DNA from: Blasia pusilla
Taxonomy: Eukaryota
Direction: 5' to 3'
Length of the DNA stretch: 64,000 nucleotides
Assembly (NCBI GenBank): GCA_050084515.1
Contig: CM114271.1
Location: 20,274,001-20,338,000 of the forward strand
Each line of letters begins with the position of its first letter. Positions within the stretch are counted from its first letter, which is position 1. A program made the translations under genes and the position numbers. This document shows positions 52,729 through 64,000 of this stretch, piece after piece. The notes under the pieces are model-generated. The model made no database searches. It saw nothing but the letters and a program-made list of their open reading frames with translations, and had not been told where the DNA came from.

Positions 52729-53949
52729 CCGCTTGCGTGAGCATCATAGACTTAGCTATTCGCAACGCTAGCACAATATATGCTTGATCCGACATATTGT
52801 AGTGCGTCTCCTTCCTAATCTCTTTTAGGACCATATATGTTGAATAAAGAAATATTCCATGCTGTCATGGTAGATGAGGCCTAGGGCGAGATAGTATCGA
52901 GGCCTTAGAGGGGTCTTGTACTTCCCTATTTTGAGAGTTCATATGTGACCTGCTCTTAGGAGGTGACCTATGAGTCTCGGTCATCCTTCCCTTTATGAGG
53001 AGTGGCAACCTTGGAGAGATTGACCTTCCCAACCATGTATGGCTCCACTTGGACCTATAGGGTCGGGGGTTAGTTGGAAGTTGGTCTAATGAGGGGACCA
53101 CATATGTAGTTGTTAGGGAGCTAGTAGGTGTGTACTATAGGTGGGTAGTGACCTACTAGGAGGGAGGTGAACTGTGTGTACATGTCACCCATGGAGGTGT
53201 CTAGGGGGGTATACCTCGCATGAGGCTCATTTGGAGCTCATCTCCTTAGGATCGCAGACCCTTTTTGGGATCCGTGATATGGCACGACTTGCATGTATCG
53301 AGCATGGATTCTCTCTGGCAGAGTGGGCTAAGAGTGATCAATAAAGAGATCACACATTTTGGGAATCCTTGTGCATATTTTTTCTTGCTGTTACACTAGT
53401 GTGTATCTAATTCACGAATATGGCTATTTGGATGAAGCATGGTTGATTGCAGATTTCATCAGAGCTTATAGTGCGTATTCAACTTTATATCCTAAGGAGA
53501 TATCGCGAGGACTTGGCAAGCTGTTGCTAATCCAGTTCAGCATAACTTTCAGGTCATCCATCCCAATTCTATTTCTCCAAAGTGTGCTTAATTGGAGAGT
53601 TCTTTTGCATGTTGTGTTACCAACACCCACAGGGAAGTGAACACTGACTGTTGCACACAAGGGAATTTATTCACTTACCTTGCTGCTTATGGAGATGTTT
53701 GAGGGGTGATTTTTGGGTGACACACATTGTGGATTAGTGCGTTGGTGAGTGCACGGCACTACCGCGACTATTGTTAAGAACTTGGTGGGATGGATGTATA
53801 CCACACTAGTCGGGAGTGACTTAGTTTTCAGGCTATTTCCCGCGTGTTGATCTCAAGTGAGATAAGTGGGGGCGTGTCCATAGTTTGGGCATTTTCTAGT
53901 GCAGAGCTAGTGGCTCGGGAGTGTGTCATAGTTGTTTGCAGGTTTCATC

Positions 53950-56900
53950 ATGGCGCATCCACAGAGTATTGGGGAGCGTGGTAGTGGTAGAGGTGGCGGA
54001 GGATTTACACAAAGTGGGGCTAGGTATTGAGGGTTTCCACATGAGGAACCACCTCAGTCGCTAGTTTTAGTTACTCCAGAGGTGATGTCAGCTTCTGAGT
54101 CACTCGAGAGGCCATAGAGTGTCGCGAGTGTCGCCAAGCCGTTGTTGTGGGACATGGATGATCGCGATACAGATGGGTTCATGAGGGGACCCCGAAAATT
54201 CAAAAGCATGGTAGGAACCATCGAGTTGGATGATTTTATGGAGAAGTTCGATAGTTGGTGCAATGCACAAAGGATGCGGAACCAATAGAGATTCGACCCC
54301 ATTATGGCGTGGAAGGGACTTGAGGCGGAGATCGAGGCGTGGAGACTATTTTGGTCTCCACGATATGTGTCCCTCATAGGGCGTGCGATGTATGATGTGG
54401 CGGCTGCAATAGCACCCACTAACCGTAGGGAGGAGATACTTGGAGGAGTTGTCGACCCGAGTCTTACGAGTGTGACCAGCCGAGTACCACTTGCGTTCAA
54501 CCCATTGGTTGAGTTCTTCTAAGAGTTGGGGAGGAACTATCAGGGAGTGAGGACCGACAAGTTGAAGTCGATTCATCAGTTTCAGCGGAGAGCGGGAGAG
54601 AGTCTTCGAGAGGCCTATGCACGGCTCTACGGTTGATTACAACAACTGAGGGTGTGACAGAGGAACAAGCGGTTCAGTTCTAGTATGCGATGCTAGACCG
54701 CGAGTTGCGGAAGAGAGTGCAAGATGCAACTCTCTTACATGTTGGTTTGCCTACTCTCAAGTCTGTATTTTTGTTGGCGGAAGGATTGAGCTGAACATAC
54801 TTGAGGAGAGAGTTTTGACGACAGGCGTGTCATCTTTGAGGGCGACGACACGAGTGACGGTGTCTTGATCAGTGCCGCAACCCACTACTCGAGATAGAGT
54901 CATGGTACCGAGGGCTACGGGAGGATACCGCAAGCCAAGACCACGACCAGTTCAGTCATGCGCTGGGCAGCAGGGCTCAGGTATTTCTTGTTGGACGTGT
55001 GGAGGATCACATCCTCAGCAAGATTGTAGACAACAAAGTGGAGTGCAGGTAGCACCATCAGCTATATATGAGGCGGTCCAGGGGAGGCCACCCTTACCTC
55101 AGTGTGATCATTGCTAGAGATATGGGCGCACACATGAGAGATATTTCGAGCTCCACCCCAAGCTGCGCCTAAAGGGAGGTCGAGGACCTAGAGGTGGCAG
55201 AGGACGAGGTGTAGGAGGTCGAGGATGTGGTGGAGGCAGGACCCCACCTCCTGATCGAGTGCAACACTTGCATGAGAGGCAATGTTGGCGAGGATTGCTT
55301 AGTTGGAGCAAGGCCTTCAGGCTATGACGGCCCAGCAGGCATCTACATCAGGTGCAGGGGGCACGTCAACTTCCGGATGTGCTCAGACCCAGGATATGAT
55401 GGGAGATTTAGGAGGTATGGGATTTTTGTGCAGCATCGGAGAGGTGGATGCACATGCAGTGGTTACGAGAGGCGCGGTGAGAGCTTCTAAGCCACGAGGA
55501 TCCGATATGGAGTTGGATCCCCAGAGGGGAGAAGCTGGCAGATAGGCTAGACTTCCCCAGTCTTTCACATTGTCAGATGCTCTTCGGACCCCATCGATGG
55601 TCCCTAGACGGCCTTTGAGGAGTGTTGTTGTCGCACATGCTGATGCAGTTAGAGGAGTAGGTGAGGCGAATACGTCTACTAGGCCTACGTAGCATTCGAC
55701 ACGGACTAGTATTGGCACATTATGGGAGATGGCGATGGCTTTGTGTAGCGTCCCACTATTTACAGCCAGAGGTTTGTTGACATGTGGAGGTCGACCAAAT
55801 GATGTTTTTCGGTTGGCAGCGACGCTCTGTGAGAGCGAGGAGTTTGGTTCTTCTAGTGTTGAGACTCGCACAAGAGATGTGGCAGAGGTACCCTTGGAGC
55901 AGGTGCTCGGGATGAGGGCCACATAGAGTTGGCTTGCAGCAGTGGCTAGAGTGGAGGAGTTGCCAGCTAGACCAGCAATAGAGCATGCAACCTTCTCACC
56001 AGGAGTTGTTGTTGTCTTGGACAACCGAGATGGATTTTTCGAGTTGGTTGGTCCATTTGGAGTCGTTTATCCACCGCAGAGAGTGCTACTTGATTCAAGA
56101 GCACAACCCCTTATGTTGGAGAAGGCGACATGTGTAGCGATGGGGTTGCGTAAGTGTGAGATCACTCCATGTCCATTCCAGATTCACACTTCACTGGGAG
56201 GCACATCCCGGACACAGTTCATGACTCGCGATAAGATTATAGTGAGGATTTAGCCCAATCATCTTACGGATAGTGCGATGGTGGGGACGCGAGCGGTTGT
56301 GACACTGGCCGAGTCTTATGATATTTTGGTAGGGGCTACCGTTTTGTATCCTCTAGGGTTCACACTTGAATTTTGGGAGGAGACAGCCTCCTATCAACCA
56401 GGTTGGCAGTCAGGTGAGGGACGAGCCAGTCATCTATCCATGCAGTGTGCAGAGAGACTTGATGGTTCACTCCGAGGGTCGACCACAACAGTTGCTCCTT
56501 ATTGTGGGATACTAAGTTGGCCTGGAGGTTTATTGGAGGGGAACACGGATGCACATCGAGGATATTCTTGTAGAGGATAGTCCTAAGGAGTGGCATGCGA
56601 TGACAAGCGTGGCTACATGGGGTGGCGATACTTCTTCAGCTTTGTGGGGAATGAGCATCGATTTGCAGAGGAGAGCAGATGAGCTTGTGAGGCATGTATG
56701 GAGCCGAGCCTATGCTCTAGAGCAAGATGGGACAGAGTTACCACGTGCTCTTGGAGTGGAGACGTTGACACCCTTGGACACCACATCGACTGTGTGGCAG
56801 TATCTCGAGGAGGGTGTGCGTATACTAGATCTCTTTGGAGGGATTAGTACAGCGTTGGCTGCACTGTTGTAGGTCAGAGTACGAGTACAACAGTACTTGT

Positions 56901-59900
56901 ATGTGGAGAGGGATGAGACTACATGTAGAGTCTCATTACATGATGTGTTGAGACTAGTCCAACAATATCCTCACTTATTGCCAGTGTCTGCAATCAGGGG
57001 ATATCAACATGTATTGCCCGGCGACATTTTTTTGTTGGGGGTGCCAGATTTGGATAGGGTTGGTCCGATACACTTGGTGGTGGCAGGGTGGCCATGTCAG
57101 GGTCATTCTTTGGCACGTTGGGGACTTGGTTTGCAGGACCCGAGGTTGGCCATATTTTGGGAGATGTTGCGAGTTCTTTGACACTTGCAAACTACCCATC
57201 AATGTTCTCCAACTTACATTTTGGAGAACTTCCCATTGTTAGGTGACACTTGAGCCCGAGTGATGGCAAATGTACATTAGGTGCGATCGTGGATAGGATT
57301 GGCGGTGTGTTGGATCGCACGCACACTGTCCAAGATTGTGGTGGACGAACCTTTTACCATCCGAGTTATTGAGACAGGCTTATGATGGAGTCTAGACACC
57401 ATCCCTACTTACAGTGGATGCAATCTTTGATCCAGGGCGGCGATCTCAGGTTGTTACTCGTGATGATGTACCACCGTTGGCAGTGGCCAATCGAGTGGGC
57501 CAGGAGAGGCCAATATTGCCTACGTTGGTGAGTTCTCCGGCATCTCATGCTTTTCGTCAAGGAGGACCAGGTATGATATGGGATGAGCAGGCACGTACAT
57601 TGGTGGAAGCTAACTTCAACGAACGAGAGCGAGCTATGGGGTTCTCTACAGGTACGACGGCGGTGCCTATGATGGCAAAGGCATCCCGCAGACAAGTATT
57701 GGGTCAGGCTTTGGACGTGAACTGTCTTACTTGGGTGTTCAATCTTGGTTTGGCTGAGCAGAAATGGATGCGAGAGGCATTTGTGACATTACGTCCACTT
57801 TGCAGCGTTGTGTCTACCGGGACGGGTGAGACACTAGCTAGGGGCGCGATGGTGATGGAGAGGCATCCATGGACTTCATGGGATATGTCATGAGAGCATA
57901 GAGAGATGGGAGTCCATTTCAATGATGCAAGACATAGTGGAGTTCCTAGAGAGTTGGTGTCTGAGTTGGGAGCGCATGTTGCTGCTCCAAAGGTTGCTAG
58001 TTAGCAACCACCACCCTCCTCTTCTCTAGAGGTCACGAGAGAGACTTGGGAGCCAGTGATTGGTCCTAGGTTGACAGGAGCGGAGAGGAGATCGGTGCTG
58101 CAGTTCTTGTGGAGATTTGGGAACCTTTTTGCATATAGTATGCACAACTTGGGTACATGAAAAGGTCTAGGTATTCGGATCAAGTTAGATAGTGATACTC
58201 CTATCTTTCGACGACCCTACAGGTATTCCGACATGGAGCGATCCTTGATTCAGAGTAGGAGTCGAGACTTGGCTAATGTTGGAATGGTGGAGAGATCACT
58301 TGGAGAGTATGCATCTGCCACAATTATGCCGGCAAAGAAGGACATGCATGGCCAATGGACCGATAGGCGGATGTGTGGGGATTATGGTCCTATCGATTGG
58401 CATACGAAGGCCGATCGCTATGCTATCCCTACTCTCGAGGAGATCTTTTATGCGGTGGGGCATGCAAGGATCTTCGATTTTTTGGATCTCCGTGCTGGCT
58501 ATCATTAGTTGCCCATCCGAGTGGAGGAGAGGGAGAAGACAAAATTTTGGTAGATAGATCCTTTCGGAAAGGATTTTTTGTACTAGTGGCAGTTCTTACC
58601 ATTTCGGTTGAAGAACGCCCTTGCGGGTTATCAGCAAGTTATGGATAGGATTTTGGATGGTTTGGATTATGCGAGATGTTACATCGATGACATTGTCATC
58701 TTCAGTGCCACGGTTGAGGAGCATGAGAAACATCTGGAGGAGGTGTTTCGAAGATTGTAGTTACATGAGCTGAAGTTACATCGAGGCAAGTGCAGGTTCT
58801 TCCATGACCAGATCAAGTACCTTGGACACACTATTTATCCGAGGGGTATTGGAGTTCAGGAAACGAAGGTGGAGGCTATAGTGCGCATTCCTTGCCCTAA
58901 AGATGTGAGTCGAGTTCAAGCTTTCATGGGATTGGCAAACTACTACCGACGGTACGTGAAGGGCTTTAGTGCGATTGCGAAGGCACTGACTTTCTTGACT
59001 AGGTTGGAGCAGGAGTGGTTTTGTGGAGATACAGCGAGCATTTCAGGAGCTCAAGGACAAGTTGACGTCCTCACCCATTTCGAGGAGACCTATGCGTGGT
59101 TGTCCGTTCCAGTTTCATACAAACTAGAGTATGTTGGGGTTAGGAGCGGTGCTCACTCACAGAGATGATGAGGTGAAGGAGTCCGTAGTGGCGTATGCGA
59201 GCCGCTCAAAAGACGTTGCGGATGTGAATTATAGTTCCTATGAGGGGAGTGCTTAGTTGCAGTGTGGGCAGTGGCCCATTTCAGATGTCATTTATTCAAG
59301 AAACCTTTCACGCTCATCACTGATCATCAGCCACTTAGATGGTTGATGGAGTGTGACAAGCTTACAAGGAAGCTTGCCAGATGGTCACTCTTGTTGCAAG
59401 AGTATGATTTTTAGGTTGTCCATTGCCCAAGACATCTAAACTAGGATGTAGAAAAGTTGAACCATAACCCAAGCACGAGCTAGAGCGATGCAACTGGAGC
59501 GTGGTGGCATGGTGAGAGTGATGAGGAGATAGTGTCGGGTTGGCACGCATATGCCTATTTGTGTCTATTGGCTATGTTAGGTCAGCAGGAGGCATCCACT
59601 CTAGGAGGGAGTTTGGATGGTGAGTCCTCACATCCAGATGCTAGTGAGGAGTCAACAGGGAATAGACACCTCCACAATGATGAGATGGTCTTGGAGTACC
59701 TACGTACTGGTGTCTTAGCAAGGACGGTGGGTGCTAGAGAGCGGGATCGAGTCCTACAATGAGCCAAGAGGTTCAGGTGGGAGGGGATGCATGTGCTTTG
59801 AGTTTGGGAGGATGGACAAGTGCGGATGGTGCCGCATCCTTCAAACCGAGCATGAGTCGTGAGACATGCTTACGAGGAGTTAGGACATTTTGGAGTCAAG

Positions 59901-61108
59901 CGTATGTATAGCTTGATTCAGATTTAGTATTGGTGGCGTAGTATGCAGATTGATATTTAGCAGTTTGTAGCCAGATGCATTGTATGAGATAGGATACGAG
60001 CATTGTTCAATGCTCCGACACCACACTTTCATCCTTTACCGATCATGGGATTAGGGTATCGCTGGAGTTTAGACTTTGCAAGACCTTTACCATTGATGGG
60101 ACGCCATAGTTGGTACGTGTTGGTCATGATGTAGCACTTCTCCAGTGGATTGAGTTGATAGCGTTGCCGGATAGGTCGAGTGAGGGAGCGGCTTATGCAT
60201 TTCTTGATAGAGTGCTTAGTCATTTTGACGCACCAGCACAGGTATTGACAGACCAGGGTACTGAGTTTAGGGGTGACTTTCAGGCCTTGTGTGATTAGGC
60301 ATTGATAGATCATTGTACGACTTCTCGAGATCATCCAGAGGCAGATGGTTTGGCAGAGAGAGTTGTGTAGTCGGTGAAGATAGGGTTGCGCAAGTATGGA
60401 CTGCAGAGAGGACACTCAGGAGATTGGGACATACAGTTTCCGTGGTTGGCAATGGATTACCGCTTTAGCCAGTAGGCATCCTTGGCATCATTTTCATCGT
60501 ATTTCTTACTCTATGGGAGAGAGCCAAAGTTACCGTCGTCGATTTGACGAGATGTGGTTAAGGCACTTGACCTCGATAATCCAGACGTATGGGTGCAAGC
60601 GTGTTCTTAGTGGGCTGAGCTCTTTCGGAGAGTCATGCCTATGGTGTTTGAGAATCTGGCTATCGCTCAGCATCGTGATACTCTCAATTACACGACTACG
60701 AGTGGAGGAGGCTATCGACCAAGGATTTGGAGATTCCATTGTGGTGATTATGTCTACCTACAGCAGACAACATCAAAGACATTGGACGCGACGACAGGAC
60801 ACACTATTTTGCGAGTATGAGAGATTTTACCTTCAGGAGTCCTTGTTTTAGAGGGTCGTGATGGCACCGTTTCGAAAGATCATTTGCGTAATTGTGCGCC
60901 ATGTCATCTTCTGAATGTGGATGGGAGGATTGATCCGAGCTTGGCAATTGTTCATGCAGACTTGAGATGCATGTTGTGTGGGTTTGCCAAAGGCGCAACC
61001 ACGACGCTAGTTTATGATGGGTGTTCTCAAGGATGGCATGTGTTGTGTTTGACGCCACCTCTTGACTTGGTTCCTCAGGGACGTTGAGTTTATCCCAGAT
61101 GTACATAG
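53950..61108 (+). pseudogene. gag-PR-DNMT-RT-RH-IN-PHD pseudogene of copy 3
   Basis: CWTCGGSHPQQDC; RVLLDSRAQP; VRILDLFGGIS...VAGWPCQGHS...ERERAMGF...RRQVLGQALD; DRRMCGDY; YIDD (~58680); VLTDQGTEF; CMLCGF...DGCSQGWHVLCLTPPL. Many stops. Confidence 0.9.
56807..57770 (+). pseudogene. DNMT3-like methyltransferase domain (copy 3)
   Basis: Motif I LDLFGGI, IV GWPCQG (~57087-57104), VI ILENF (~57220), VIII RLWWTNL, IX ERERAMGF, X RQVLGQA. Confidence 0.9.
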
Positions 61109-61284
61109 CTGTAATAGGTAAATACAAGATGACTCTTGATGTTATGGATTGCAAAAAGATGACTAACGATGGGGCGGCATAGCATCCGACCTTCTGATCT
61201 TAGCACCAAAAAGATGCATAATATTTAGACTTATTTTGTAAGCTATTTGGAGTTAGAGGGACCTAACTACCACCTAGGGGGGCG

Positions 61285-62147
61285 ATTGGGGTTGTCCAGT
61301 CGTTCATGATTAGAGATGATATGATTCATAGCTAGATGGATCTTAGACATGTGTGTGCATGAGAGCCGATGTATGTTGGCAGTGATGTGTATTCGCACGA
61401 CAGCTATCATGGTAGATGAGGTGTAGGGCGAGATAGTATCGAGGCCTTAGAGGGGTCCTGTACTTCCCTATTTGAGAGGTCATATGTGACCTACTCTTAG
61501 GAGGTGACCTACGAGTCTAGGTCACCCTTCCCTTTATGAGGAGTGGCAAGCTAAAAGAGGTTGACCTTCGCAACCATATATGGCTCCACTTGGACCTATA
61601 GGGTCGTGGGTTAGTTGGTAGTTGGTCTCATGAGGGGGCAACATATGTAGTTATTAGGGAGCTAGTAGGTGTGTACTATAGGTGGGCAGTGACCTGCTAG
61701 GAGGGAGGTGAACTGTGTGTACATGTCACCCATGGAGGTGTCCAAGGGGGTATACCTCGCATAAGGCTCATTTGGAGCTCATCTCCTTAGAATTGCGGAC
61801 TCTTTTTGGGATCCGTGATATAGCGCGGCTTGCATATATTGAGCCTGGATTCTCTCTGGAAGAGTGGGCTAGGATTGATCAATAAGGAGATCACACATTT
61901 TGGGAATCCTTGCGTATACTTTCTCTTGCTGTTACACTAGTGTGTATCTGATTCACGAATATAGTTGTTTGGATGAAGCACGGTTGATTGCAGATTTCAT
62001 CAGAGCTTACATTGCGTATTCAACTTAATATTGGGGTTGTCCAGTCGTTTATGTGTAGAGATGTTAGGATTCATAGCCAGATGGATCTTAGACATGTGTG
62101 TGCATGACAGCCGATGTATGATGGCAACGATGTGTATTCGCACGACA
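61285..62147 (+). repeat. 3' terminal block B1-gc-A2-B2 of copy 3
   Basis: B1 and B2 are 118-bp direct repeats. A2 repeats 52863-53488. Confidence 0.9.
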
Positions 62148-62821
62148 ATGCTTTATCTTGATGAATTTCCATTTTCTTGTATTAAAAATTGTAAAGATGT
62201 TTGTATGCTAACCCCAACTCTTCTCTTGTAGTTCTCAACACACTAACATCATAAATCTTTTCCCTCTTATAAGTATACTTCGGATTATCACCAACAACAA
62301 TTTCCAATCCACCTATTGATGAGATGGAGTTTGAAGAAACTTATACTCATATCTATATCATGTATTTTTTTTATTGAAGTGGAGAATATCTGCACAATTC
62401 TTCATCAGAAATCTATTCAGATGGGTCAAGGATGACTTTGAAATTCTAAGAAGAAGAGTAAGGAGAGTGAGTAGCTTATCCCCTATTTTGGGTTTATTTG
62501 TAGCTATTTTTATGAACTTACCATTTTGGGAAAGTTCCCTATTTTGGCTTATTTGAATTTCTATTTAAAAATTTTTTCTTAGTATGCATGCATCTGTCAT
62601 TGAAGATAGATTGAAAGTACGTTTAACCCAAAGAGATAGTTTAATTAACAACCCATTCTCTCTATATTCAATCTCTTAGATTCCATAAGGCAACGGATTT
62701 ATTGTGCTCCTTATTAATCTTGTGAATAACCCAAGGCTTTCACTATACGAGTAGCCTAAGGTTTGATTTGAAAATATTAGAGAGAGCTATGGAGTGTAAA
62801 TGCTTGTTAATTTAAGATTTT

Positions 62822-62823
<2 letters not shown>

Positions 62824-62897
<74 letters not shown>
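62824..62897. repeat. (GA)n microsatellite
   Basis: Perfect AG/GA run. Confidence 0.95.
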
Positions 62898-62899
<2 letters not shown>

Positions 62900-64000
62900 T
62901 GGGGTGCGGTGATAACATGCAACCCCGAGCTTATAGTGGGACATATTAAGTCTCTTCCGACTTCTCACATCCGACACACTTTTGTGTGACAAGGCGATAT
63001 ATTGCATCGAATGCTAGGCTTGGATGTGTGTCTGAATGTGGTAGCAAGAAGTAACTCTTCATCTTCATGGACATTGTTTACATGGTGGGAGTCTCAGAGA
63101 GAGTGAGAATCCTTGTTGTGTACATCCGACCTTATCCTTATCCGCCACATCCTCCTATGGTTCAGACATAGGTCTCTTCTCCAACCAAGAGAAAGCTCGC
63201 TTCTTGCTTCTTGTGTAGATGCAAGGATGCAACTTATCAATGAAATCTCCTTGTCGCATTAAAGGCTACTTCAACATGTTTGAGGCAGTCTGTTGGCATT
63301 GGAAGGCTAATCGGAGGTGAGAGAAGGTTATACATCTTATTGGTCTAGATCCATGTCCCCTGCTCATCGGCCGGATCCGTGTGTTCCCATCATAGGTAGT
63401 GAGAGAGATGGCTGATTATGGAGTCATATTCAGCAGTCTAGCCCGGGTTGTGATTGGTATTTTTCGAAATAAAGTTGACCGTCTCATGGAGAGTATGTTT
63501 ATGCACTCGCTACTAATGTGTGTATAAATACACTTCTGCGTGTACCCAAAACAATTGTGTACACATGGAAGTAAAATCCTCTAGTAGAATGTGTCATGCG
63601 ATGTAGATGAAATCATTCTCATCATAGAAGTAGATTTATAAGTACTATAGATTCGCTATTGCATTTCAATACAAAAAAAAGTCAGTAGGGAATATTTTCT
63701 GAATCTTGAATATCATGACAATTTGAATTTAATCCAAAGTATCTTGGATTGCAGAGCTAGACTTTGTAGAGGCCCTCATCCATGAGGACCTTATCATTCC
63801 AATGCGAAGCACCTAAAGGACCTCATCCAAGAGTACATGTTGATGAACATTCATCAACTTCATTGTCGAGTTGGTTGACCAAGTAGTCATGTGAGCCAGA
63901 ATCATCTAAATTGGCAGAGGAGTTTAATCGAAAGGGATGAACCGTGCAAATATCTGGTCCAAAATTATCTACGTCCGGATTTTGCAATGGGTGGGTGTAA

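Larger units (their letters stand above)
52863..62147 (+). mobile_element. DNMT/PHD Ty3/gypsy element with permuted repeats (copy 3, family 3)
   Basis: TGTCATGG...TCGCACGACA flanked by ATGC (52859-52862 and 62148-62151). A1 52863-53488, PBS 53489-53501, PPT 61275-61284, B1 61285-61402, GC spacer, A2 61405-62029, B2 62030-62147. Confidence 0.93.

Overview
Eukaryotic nuclear DNA from a land plant. The intron-rich genes and retroelement content suggest a bryophyte or other non-seed plant, but this is inferred. Two host genes are present: the 5' half of plastid N-acetyl-gamma-glutamyl-phosphate reductase (argC, minus strand, running off the left edge) and a complete 8-exon ATG5 (41971-46641). Most of the rest is nested transposon debris, including Ty1/copia remnants and hAT-like MITEs. 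The main finding is three near-full-length, decayed copies (5275-15220, 22654-31671, 52863-62147) of an unusual Ty3/gypsy-type retrotransposon, plus several fragments. Its polyprotein reads gag - protease - DNMT3-like C5 cytosine methyltransferase - RT - RNase H - DDE integrase - PHD finger. Its repeats are circularly permuted: A1-internal-PPT-B1-(2 nt)-A2-B2, complete in copies 1 and 3. All three copies have 4-bp TSDs, and a palindromic CA-GC-TG junction sits inside the LTR. There is no tRNA primer-binding site; each of the three sequence-distinct LTR families has a Tf1-like self-complementary PBS instead. The arrangement is what would result if integrase opened a 2-LTR circle at an internal palindrome. 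That mechanism is a hypothesis.
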